A DNA stretch of 64,000 bases from Hyphochytrium catenoides (Eukaryota > Protista > Hyphochytriomycota): contig FLMG01000368.1 in assembly GCA_900088475.1 (NCBI GenBank), positions 1 through 64,000 on the forward strand, read 5' to 3'. Below the pieces are notes generated by a model. That model saw only the letters and a program-made list of their open reading frames with translations, did not search any database and had not been told where the DNA came from. How positions within the stretch are numbered: the stretch's first letter is position 1; every line of letters starts with the position of its first letter. A program made the position numbers and the translations under genes. Positions 37,209-47,950 of the stretch are shown piece by piece.

Positions 37209-39953
37209 CCTCCCGTATCAGCTCTCTTTGTTGTTCTGTGGCTTAGATACTACTGTTATTTATTGGCAACAACCTTGCCCAGGAAGCCAATGACATCGTG
37301 TTTATCTTTGAGTGTTTTTGAGGCTTACGTGGTACAATAGTATATAGATCAATATATGACCTCTTTGTTCTACGGGAGCATGGTCTGGTTGGAGGACCAA
37401 TCTTGGAGAGTCAGGCCCAAACGTTGTGATAGAGATGCGCGCCTTACTGGCTGACTGCAAGTCCAAATCCTTCCGGCAGCAGCATAAGAGCGGCGGTGAG
37501 AGTCTGACAATTCACGATGCCGCCCACAGAGCATCTGCAGCGCTCTCCTCAGGTCTTCGCTGTACGAATTTTTGGCCTTTGGCCTAACGCAGCTGCCTGC
37601 AAGGACACTTTCCACTTACTTTGACTTCTGTATCCCGAATTTAGTGAGCTAGAAAGAGAGACAGAGAAGCCCAACAATCCTCTAGCACCAAAAATAAGTC
37701 TAGATTACACGGCCAAAACAAATCCACGTCTCATCCACAAAAACAGAACGAAGATAGCCGCTACCCGCTAGGATATGCCGGGTGGGGGTGTCAGATATTT
37801 TAGGATTGCTTATTACTGCAATCTTCCGGGGAAGGGTGGGCAGTTGAGGCGGCGCCCTTAGAAGGAGGAAGACACTGGGGTAGGAACGGACGGTAAAAAC
37901 AATACATATATTTCTTTCCTGCAGTAGAACTGGTCACCAGCAAAGTCTTCACCTACCAGGAGACTGATGAGTCACAGACTAGCCAGTTGCAAGCCAAAAG
38001 TAACGCCTCAAGGGTTCGATTATGTGCACAACGGAACGAGCTTTCACCTGTGCCAAAACCAACTAACCTGTAATAAGAGGCCAACACTAGGCAGGTGAAC
38101 AGACCCTACTACTCGTACCAGAACTAGAATCTTTATGAGCCTTATTATCTTCAGTGCTGGAGTCGGCTAATGGCTTTTCTGAAGTGGGGACAGGCGTCGT
38201 TCCTTTTGTGCGGAGGGGAGAAAGAGGATCTGACAAAAAAGAGCTCATTGTAAGAGAGCGGCCTCGAGAGGCTCGCAGCACACTTTCTTCATCTCGAGTT
38301 CTATACTTGCGCCACCTAATTGCTTCTAGAACTACTGTCGTTGTTAAGGATGGAATTTATTTATTACTCTGTCAATCTGTCAATCATGAGCTAGAAAGAC
38401 TCTGCGCCGCTAGTTCCTGGAAAATGAATAAGCACCCCGCATTTTGCTGTAGGAAGTACGTGTGGTCTATGACACTATGACTGGAATAGAGGTAAAATCC
38501 TCGTAGTACGACCCTGCTATCATCATAGCTGAGGAACTGCCGACGTCAAAGTAGAAAATAGAACTGGGACTATTATTACTATTACTCGTGCTTTGAGTAC
38601 CTCTCGACTTTCCAGTCCCTCTTTGAGAGTCGGTCTTGGGTGCTGATTGTTGATATTAACCTGCTCTTGAATCACTCGCCATAACAAGGATGATTCGTGG
38701 CATTTCTCTTACACCTCTTCACAAGTGCCTCTTCTAATAGTACGAACCAAGAGCCATCTGTAGAACTATTGACAGCAAGCTTCACAATCCTCGTTTCTCT
38801 ATGAAGGCTTTCTTTCATCGGTCTTATTACTACTTTGGGTACTTCGCCATAGTGAAGTGGTTCCAAGTGGCGCCAGTTCGGAGCTCGCCTCGGTTGTGGT
38901 GCTTATTACTCGCGCTATTATTACACAGCAGTAATTCTTGTATTGTTATTATGTAGGGAAAGGTAGGATTCTCCCCTGCAACTGTGTTCCCTACTCTTTA
39001 GGCAGCCTTGATTCTCCTAGGAAACCCATACAAAAACAGGCCCAAAACAGGCAGAATAGCCTTTTCATTTCATTCCTTTGAAGAGAATGGACGCTGGCGA
39101 AGAGGTCACCCCCGTACTTTAGGTGTCGGAGTTGTCTCCTTTCACCTTGCACAAATTTGATAAGGAAAAGAACTGGTAGAAGACGCCTCTCTGTCTACCA
39201 TCACGAAGGTGCTCACCATAATCGCTATGGACCGTTTCACCATAAAAAGGCAGGCGAAGCTCTTGCTGTAGAATCTGAAGGTTCAACCTCGCCTACCCGC
39301 CCACTCTCGATCTGTCAATACATCTTTAGTAGTCCCTGATATATAGCAGTTTGATTTCGAATCCCTATCAAACTCTCTACAGCCTAAAACGTGTAGGGTA
39401 TCTGATATCCGGAATATACGGTTCCAGTGGGTGCCAAAGGGAGGAAGCATAAAGAGAAGAGCTAATTATTGTCATGATAAGCTGGAAGGGTGGATGGGCC
39501 ACACTTGGACCCAACGAACTCCGCAGTAATAATAACTGGGAGCGTCGGGTCAGTAGGAGGAACAGCGAGAAGAAGGCACTATAGGCAGAACACAAGCGTC
39601 GAGAAAAGTAGTACGCCGCTTCTTATTCTTCCTTCTCCCCTCTCATTCTTGTTCTCTATCGTTTACTCAGTCCTTCTAGGCCCCCGAGACAGAGGAGACC
39701 AGGCGCCAGACAGAGTAAGACAAAGATGTCATCATCTGCATAGTGGATAGCCTGTTTCCGGAAAGACAGAGTATATATGAGGTGGCGTCACTAGTTGTGA
39801 GAGAAAGAGGAGAAGGAGGAGAAAGGAAACGCACAGTGAGAGAGACTTTGTCCGCAAGCTAGAATGTGATACAGAAGTGGCGGGGAGTGAGAGAGAAGAA
39901 GGGGGAAAGGAGCAGGAAGACAGAGACCAAGGAGCAGAGGAGGAAGGGAAGGA

Positions 39954-40108
39954 NNNNNNNNNNNNNNNNNNNNNNNNNNNNNNNNNNNNNNNNNNNNNNN
40001 NNNNNNNNNNNNNNNNNNNNNNNNNNNNNNNNNNNNNNNNNNNNNNNNNNNNNNNNNNNNNNNNNNNNNNNNNNNNNNNNNNNNNNNNNNNNNNNNNNNN
40101 NNNNNNNN
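39954..40108. other. Assembly gap (N run) flanked by GA-rich repeats
   Basis: 155 N. Confidence 1.
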
Positions 40109-40751
40109 CACACGCGCGCAACAGAGAAGAAAGAGGCGGAAAGTGGACTGAGAGGGGCAGGAGTAGAGAGAGAGAGAGAGAGAGAGTGAGAGAGAAGAGA
40201 AAGGGTTAGAACGACTGATCTTAGATCGGACAAAGAAGAGCAGCTTGGCATGCTGCCTGCTGGACACCGCTTGACAACACCCGCTCACTGCCTAGGGGGA
40301 TCTAGGAGACAGACAGGAACAGACGATAGTGGAGAGGACACACACAACGATCAGAGAGAAGCGAAAGAAGAGAGAATACGAAGAGCGGAAGCAAGGAAGA
40401 GAAGAGGAGGACAAGAAGGAGAGAAGGGAGCTTGGGTTACGAAGCTTCCCTAGACGCGATTAGGGTGACGCCATACCGCCCAGCAGCAGAGGGAACAAAA
40501 GTACCCTGAGCGTTCTATTTTCTGCTCCTCTAGGGATGGCTGACTTTCCCCAGTTCCCACGCCGCTTCTTGGTCACTGTCTGAAAGTCTGGCCACTGTTC
40601 AAGTCGCCCCCTTGTAAGAAAGAAAGCAAGAAAAGCCTGTCTAACGGTGCCGCCGCCGGTGAGATTAGCGAGGCGGCGCCGCTGCTGATCCCTGGGCAAG
40701 CCTGTTAACCAGTTAGCGTTGCCCGCTGGAAGTGACATCAGATCCTGAAAA

Positions 40752-41951
40752 ATGCAGCTTCTGTCAGACTCCGGCTCCAAGGAAAGCTTGCCAGCACCGG
40801 ACCTAGCAACAGAGGAAGTGTCGCAGATCAGCATGGAAGTAGAGGCATCAAGCAGAAAGAGGAGGGCCTCAGACCTAGAGAGTGAAGAAGGTGACACAGG
40901 AGAGAGTGACAGCCCTCCAACAAAGCTAAAGAGGGCGAGTGCCATGCAGCCGGTGCATAGGGGAGCACTTCAGCAGCTGCAGATCAAGACTAAAACAAAG
41001 GGCAAATCGAAGGAAAAGGGGTTTTCGACTGGCCGCTGGACAGAAGAAGAGCATGCTCTCTTCTTAGAGGGTCTGAAGAGATTCCCTTACAGAGCCTGGA
41101 AGAAGATTGCCACCCTCATCGAGACTCGGACGGTTGTCCAGATCCGCACTCACGCACAGAAGTACTATCAGAAGCTGGCAAAAGAGCAGGCACAGCGCCA
41201 AGCTCAGGGTGCTATAGATCAAAGGTCTTGTCCTTCTCCAGCTGAAAGCACCTTTCAGGGTTCCGAGACCGCCAAAGGGGCAGATGCTGTCTCCTCAAAT
41301 GAAGTTGATGTCGCAGGTCAGGCAATTCTACGAGGGAACGAGCAGTATTCAACGAGAAGACGGAATCTTCCGGCTCTCGCAGGTAAAGAGTCGAGTCAAG
41401 GTCCTGCCCTAAGATTCTCCACGCGCCTTCGCGCAGCAGCGGCAGCAGCTTCTGCGGAGCAGAAAGCAAATACCAGCCCTCCAACAGAAGCTTTCCCAAA
41501 GGTGCCATCGATAACTATCGACACCAGAATGGAAAAGGGCTTTGATGAAGGTAGCCCCACGGGCGTTCAGGACTTCTTCCTGAGTTTCTCCGACACCGCC
41601 AGGCCTGAGGAAGACTCTTCTCTACCAGAAGTGTTTGAAGATTTCCAAGATCCTCTGGATTGGCTTGATACAGTCAGTCGCGCAAGTTGCACGAGCACGA
41701 CTTTGTCTGCGTCTCCTGTTGAGGCAGAAGCCGAGACGGACGCAAACGACAGCGCATTTTGCGACTCTTCATCCTCGCCATCTTCGCCCATGTCCTCCCA
41801 GTTTGTTTGCTCCCCAGTCCCAGAGTCACCTCTCTGTTCTGACTTCTTTCCGGCCTTGCAGTTTGATGCTCTACCAGACATTGAGCCTCTAGTAGCCCAG
41901 GACTTCTCAGGCTTCGCTGATACTTTCCCAGCTGAGACACTTTTATACTGA
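40752..41951 (+). CDS. Single-repeat Myb-related transcription factor, SHAQKYF class (intronless ORF)
   Basis: It has GRWTEEEHALFLEGLKRF...WKKIATLIETRTVVQIRTHAQKYYQKL and an acidic, Ser-rich C-terminus. Confidence 0.92.
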   Translation: MQLLSDSGSKESLPAPDLATEEVSQISMEVEASSRKRRASDLESEEGDTGESDSPPTKLKRASAMQPVHRGALQQLQIKTKTKGKSKEKGFSTGRWTEEEHALFLEGLKRFPYRAWKKIATLIETRTVVQIRTHAQKYYQKLAKEQAQRQAQGAIDQRSCPSPAESTFQGSETAKGADAVSSNEVDVAGQAILRGNEQYSTRRRNLPALAGKESSQGPALRFSTRLRAAAAAASAEQKANTSPPTEAFPKVPSITIDTRMEKGFDEGSPTGVQDFFLSFSDTARPEEDSSLPEVFEDFQDPLDWLDTVSRASCTSTTLSASPVEAEAETDANDSAFCDSSSSPSSPMSSQFVCSPVPESPLCSDFFPALQFDALPDIEPLVAQDFSGFADTFPAETLLY

Positions 41952-42467
41952 ATCAGCCCAGGTGTCAGGTCTCACAGGAAGAGAAGCAATCTTGCGCACC
42001 TTTTTACCTGTTAGCGTCAGAAGCAGATGAGCCACCAAGGCCTAGGGCTCATCATGTCAGCTGGTCCTTCGCTACTCCTTTTGCCTATCAAGTTCATCTC
42101 TTATCCACTTTTTGCGCTTGGGTGAGGGATCACGCTCTACGAACTCCTTGTGGCAACAGCACTTTTTGCTTGCTTGTTACGCGTTATATATGACAGTGTT
42201 ATACTAAGTATTTAATACTACTGCTCAGTTTTTGAGAGTAGCTCGATGTTGGCTCCCATCCACCGGTAATTACATAGGGCTTTATAAGAACATCTTTCAG
42301 ATGAAATGTGAGGGCTTCCTGCCCCTCAACCGCTCATATCACCCACGGTTCCCAGTGGAGGACACTCCAGGGATATGCTTGGCTGGTGGAAGGAGAACTT
42401 GGTCTCTTCAGTTGAATGGCCTACATCGTCCCAATGGCTCTTCTGATGATAGACTAGGAATGGTCTT

Positions 42468-43731
42468 TTACTTGTGCAAGAACCAATCACAGCCCTTTCC
42501 AAGGAACTCGGCTACTCGCTCTAAACCAACCTGGTCCTTCACGTTGAAGCCATTGAACTGCGTCGACGAACGACTGGCGTCAGTATGGCAGACAGTTCGC
42601 GGAACGGGAAGATCGACCCATGACCCCAGGTGGTTCTTACCTCCGGACAGTCAATATCTAGGACGGCTACAACGTTCCCTTCAGCATCTTTGATAGGGAC
42701 AACCACTTCTGACTTGGAAGCCGAATCGCAGGCGATGTGACCGGGGAACTTGTTCACGTCATAGACAAGCTACGCAGCGAAGAGCCAGGCGTGCGGCAAG
42801 TAAGCAGAGACGTGGGAGAGGACCTAGTGGGGACAAGGAAAGGAAGACATCTTCTCGAAGACTCCATACCTGCGAGGCCTTTGACTTTGCTGCTGTGCCA
42901 CAAACTCCACTTCCGAACTTTATCCGTTTACATGCTGGCTTGCCTTGGAATGGTCCAAGAACCAACAGTTTTTCAGTAACATTGGGGAGCTTCCTTACGT
43001 AGTAAAAGCCAGTCCAGTTCGTGGCTTTCTCGCCTCGCGCAGCCCTCAGGGCGTGCCAGACAGCAGCAGCTACATTGGCTGTGTTGGCAATCATGTCACG
43101 CTCCCCCTTCATGACTCTTTGAACCTCCGTCATAAGCGCTTCGTAATCTACCGGAGCTCGACTTTCTACTTGGAGCAAGAGACATGTAAGCTATCCGGAG
43201 GACCACTAGGGAAAGCATCCTCTGTATGCACCTGCTTCCTCGTTGGCTACTGGCTCCTTAGCTATGGCTGCGAATTTCCTAATCTTCTCCTCTAGCTAAA
43301 GAAAAGGAACAGTCAAGTGTCGTCCGTCACGAGCGCTTCATTTACACTATTAGCAGGTAGAATTGTTCCTACCGCTTTCCAGTCTGAGCCACTCGTCTCG
43401 TCCATTGTCTGGCCATTGCGAAGGATTTTGATGTGGGGAAAGCTCTCAACTCCTAACTCCATCACTTCGTCCTCACCGATGACATCCATATCCATCCATG
43501 CGAATCTCTACGCGTTGGGCCACTGTCAGCTTAAGGGACGCTCCATCTTCCTGGTTCGTGTCTATGTCGCCTTACCGTCTGCTTCAACTCCGCAGCAAGA
43601 GCTTTGAAGGTGCTTAGAAATGGAAAGCTAGCCTTCTCGCATGAGTATACGACACATACGATGACGTAAGACCTCGTTTTAACGCTAGACCGCACCAGGT
43701 CATGATACTCCTCAATCGACTTGAGCTCCAT
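42468..43731 (-). CDS. Thioredoxin-like domain fused to free methionine-R-sulfoxide reductase (fRMsr/MsrC, GAF fold)
   Basis: The Trx-like exons are MELKSIEEYHDL...FKALAAELKQT|RFAWMDMD...ELGVESFPHIKILRNG...GSDWKA|LEEKIRKFA. They join in phase to IANTAN...NWTGFY...LGPFQGKPACKRIKFGSGVCGTAA...DVNKFPGHIACDSASKSEVVVP...VLDIDC. TAA is at 42468-42470. Confidence 0.85.
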
Positions 43732-44428
43732 AACTGTCTGGTTTTAAATCTCTGGCCTACAGAGCTCTAACCCACGAACTAGCGATGTGTTGGGCCCAGC
43801 TGCCTCTCTCCAACCCGCTCTATGGAGACAACGGACTGCCTCTCCTGGCCGGGAGTCATCGGCTGCGAAATGTTCTCAAACGATCGATGACTGACGGTCA
43901 AGGTGATGATCGCTTCTGATCTGAGGATAAAGAGTGTGAGTTCTGATGCCGCCACAAAGCCGCTAACGGAGACGAAGCCAATAGTGGTAAGCGGTTATCA
44001 AACACTGTCTACTGTAGTCATCACAGGATTTATTCCTTTAGTTATCATTGCTTTGCTTTTTATTCAGAATGTACGATACTCCTTCCTCCTCAATGGGCTA
44101 CAGATCAAGAATAGTGTCCGTTTCTCTTCGCGTTGCCACCACCCAAACAGCAGATGGTGGTTCGCTTGTCCTTTCACATCAGAACAGCGGTCCCGGCCTC
44201 CGCCTCTGATTCTTAAGATGTTGACAGCGGCACACTGAAGGCTTCGTGAAGTCTCTGCTCGAAGGCTCCTCTCAGGGACAGACAGCTTCGTCAGCTCATT
44301 GCTCCGAGGCCGCCTGCAGTTAGCTCTTAAGGTCGTCTTCAGTGGAGGTCACAGGTAGTGCGGCTCTCAGGAGTCGTCAGCGGTGAAGGTAGCCAACTCG
44401 ACACAGCGCGGTCACGAAGTGATTTACA

Positions 44429-47400
44429 ATGGGAAAGAAGAAGCATACTGTTGATACCCCCGCGGAGCCTGTAGAGGAGGAGGTGGATCTGAAGGACCAG
44501 AAGAAGAAGAAGAAGAAGGACAAGAAGAAAAAGAAGGACAAGATAAACGATAATGGTGAGGAGTCCGTAGCTGTTGCTAATAAGGATGATTCGGAACAAG
44601 ATGCAGCAGCAGAGAACGGAATGGCAAGCAAAACGAAGAGCAGAAAGGACAGAGAGGAAGATGCCGATGATGATGTCAATGCCACACCCGAGGTTGCTGA
44701 AGATAACAATATGAATGGGACGAACAAGAAGAAGAAGAAGAAGAAGACAAAGAAGGCCACCGAGGGAGATTCCTCTAATAATCCTCCATCCCAATCTCAA
44801 GTGACTGAGGACATGCCTTCCGAAAGGGCTACACACGAATCCCCAGAGGAGGAAATGATGGATGAGTCAGAGACCAAGGCAGAAAAGAAGAAAAAGAAGA
44901 AGGAAAAGAAGAGAAAGGCAGAGACTGCTGATGGTGAAGCAGACGACGACAACCGTAAGGAGCGAAAAAAGGCAAAGAATGGGAACGCCGGGACATCGGA
45001 GGATGGGCCCTACCAGCAGCCTCCGCCGTCCGATAAGTCCTTTAAGAAGGTCAGTTCATGGGTAACGGATCCCTGTTTCCTTTTTGTTCGCTTTCTGTGG
45101 CCTGCAACTTGTCCGTAATTATAGCATAGCATAGTCTCGCCCTAAGGTCCTCTGTCTCTTGCAAAAAGAGGTCTGAAGTAGTCCTCGTCACCTGTATGAG
45201 TGCGCCCAGCGCTAACCCCTCTACGAAATTAGGCCTTCTATGACGAGTCTCCAGCGGTCAAAAAGATGTCAAAGGAGGAGGTCCAGCGTTTTCATAATGA
45301 GAACTGCATCACAGTGGCCGGCAAGAATGCCTACTACCGCCCCATCAAAGAGTTCAAGGATAGCTCTCTGCCTCCTTCCATCGTCTCCTGCTGCGCCAAG
45401 TTTGACAAACCCACCCCGATTCAGGTAGTCCGCAGGACTCTTGGCTCTTCCTCAGCTCATCGACATCCACTTTCTGTATGATCTCTTTTCGTACAATTCT
45501 CTAAATCAAAGCTCTGCTCGTCAGCGACGTCGGTACATACGTTCAAACAACCGATCCTCACATGACTAACAACTCCTTTGCTTCATTAGAGTCAGTGTTG
45601 GCCTATTCTCCTTTCGGGGCGGGATATTATCGGAATTGCAGAGACCGGGTCTGGAAAGACTCTGGCGTTCACACTACCTGCGATTGTCCACATCCTTGAC
45701 CAGCGGCCAGTGACAAAGAAGGCGTCTGGACCTATAATGCTTGTCGTCACACCAACTAGGGAGCTAGCAATGCAAGTCAACGAGGTAAGGGCTGACGATA
45801 CCTCGTCGATTGTGCTCTGTCTTCCTTGCGCTTCAAGGCTCTGCATGCCATCTAGGTACCGGTATCACCTCTGGTACAATTTTGTCCCGCTGTGATCTCC
45901 GTCATCTTACCGTCCTGGTACCGTGTTACAAACGTGGACCATCATGGAGCTCGATAACGGGGAGCTTGCACTTACGAGTACTTTCCAGGTGGTCAGTGAA
46001 GTTGGAGCTGCCAACAAACTGAGAACTGTATGTTTATACGGAGGGGTTCCGAAACACACCCAAAAGCAGGCTTTGAGGGACGGAGTCCACGTCGTGGTGG
46101 CGACTCCTGGAAGGCTGAAGGATCTTGTCGAGGACTCTTCCTGCTCTCTTGCACGAACCACCTATCTCGTATTAGACGAGGCTGATCGGATGCTGGACGG
46201 TATGTTTGCGATCACACGCTGTTCGGGGTTCCTCTATCTTCGTCCTGTACTTTCAGTCCTTCTGCTGGCTTGCACCTTTGACAGACACATCAAGCTCACT
46301 TACTTCCTACCATCTACCTTCACTGCCGTTGTACAACAAATTGTACTTGCGTACGACAGAGGGGTTCGAGAAAGATATCCGTCTAATTATTGGGAAGACC
46401 CACAAAGAGCGACAGATGGTCATGTTTAGTGCGACATGGCCAGAATCTATTCAAGCGTTGGCCAATGAGTTCCTCACTGATGCCGTGAAGGTGACAATCG
46501 GGTCGGATGATCTCTCTGCGAACAAGAGAGTAACACAGATTGTTGAGGTATGTGTGAACAACAAGTACCCTAGATCCTGGGTCCGACCTCCCCAAATTGG
46601 GTTGTCCTTGTTTGCATCTTGCTATTGGGTCAATCCGTTGCTCTAGAAGGACGTAAGGGCTTTCTTCCACTTATTTTTACTACTAGCCCTGACTACCCTA
46701 TCTGCTTTTCTTCCTTGCATTCTTAAGCTACCCCACTTCGTTCATGCTTCGACTCTTCCGAATTCTTCCTACACTTCCTCTCACATCCATCATTCTTGAC
46801 CTTTCTTTTCAACACTAGCTGACCATACGCAAATTGCTCCCATGAAGGTTATTGAGGACCGGCAACGCGACCGAAGGTTGCAAGAGCTCCTGCAAAAGTA
46901 TCATGTCTCCAGAAAAAACCGGGTGCTCATCTTTGTGCTGTACAAGAAAGAGGCTGTAAGGGTGGAGAGGATGCTGCAAGGCAGGGGCTGGAACTGTGTG
47001 GCGATCCACGGAGACAAGAGCCAGCAAGAGAGGACCAGGGCAGTCGAAAAGTTCAAGTCGGGCGAGATTCCTCTCCTCCTGGCTACGGATGTTGCAGCTC
47101 GGGGCTTAGATATCCCAGACGTGGAGCATGTGATCAATTACTCCTTTCCGTTGACAATCGAGGACTATGTGCATAGAATAGGCAGGACAGGGCGAGGAGG
47201 GAAAACGGGCCATTCACATACATTCTTCCATCAAGGAGACAAAGCTCGGGCCGGTGAGAATCTTTTACTTTTGTTATTGTTGTGGGGTATCTTTGTCCAT
47301 CTGGATGTAGTTTCTTCCATTCCCTACAGCTTCCCGCTTTCAATTCTCTAAGCTGTCTCTCGCTTGTTTACTCTTCAGGAGAGCTAGTAAATGTCCTTAG

Positions 47401-47551
47401 AGATGCAGAGCAGGCTGTGCCGCCTGAGCTCCTGAAGTTTGGCACGCATGTGAAGAAGAAGGAGCATAAGCTCTACGGTGCCTTTGCCAAGGATGTGGAC
47501 ATGACCAAGAAGGCAACAAAAGTGACTTTCAACGATAGTGATGATGAATAA
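44429..47551 (+). CDS. DBP3: DEAD-box RNA helicase Dbp3/RH5 (60S biogenesis)
   Basis: It has a Lys-rich N-terminus, [33 protein letters not shown] and [12 protein letters not shown]. The C-terminal [16 protein letters not shown] is typical of Dbp3. Confidence 0.93.
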
Positions 47552-47950
47552 TCAACCTATATATATGCGCCTCATTGGCGCTGCCTCCATCTCCGCTTCA
47601 GATGTAGTCCTGCCATAGAACATTCGTCAGATAATCCGTCTGAGTCAGTGCCTTGTAGCTTCAAACGCCTAAACCAATATGCTAGCAGCAGCACTTAAGA
47701 TCACGGCTCTTCCCGTTTCTCGCCATTTGTAGCTTTGGATTTGGTCTATCATCCGACCGATGCTAAGTTCCTGATATGTTAATGGCTGTCTGCACCGGCG
47801 GCTTGCGCTTCCTAGACGCGAGAAAACGACTACTAGACTCTGTACTCTTTCTACTTAGTTTGCGACGTAATGACCTCATTGCTTGAAATTGCATTACCTG
47901 CTAATATAGTAAGCCACTTTATGATTATGCCTATGCCTAGCACATCCAAA

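Noticed and set aside
37793-37801. Exact evening element AAAATATCT (minus strand) about 3 kb upstream of a SHAQKYF Myb
   Set aside because: A single 9-mer is expected about once by chance in 64 kb, and there is no supporting cluster.
42240-42467. SECIS downstream of the Trx-fRMsr gene
   Set aside because: The spliced CDS has no in-frame UGA, and the ATGA...AA...GA candidate does not form helix II.
43900-43950. C/D-box-like words (TGATGA...CTGA) upstream of DBP3
   Set aside because: The span is too short, with no terminal stem or recognisable rRNA guide.
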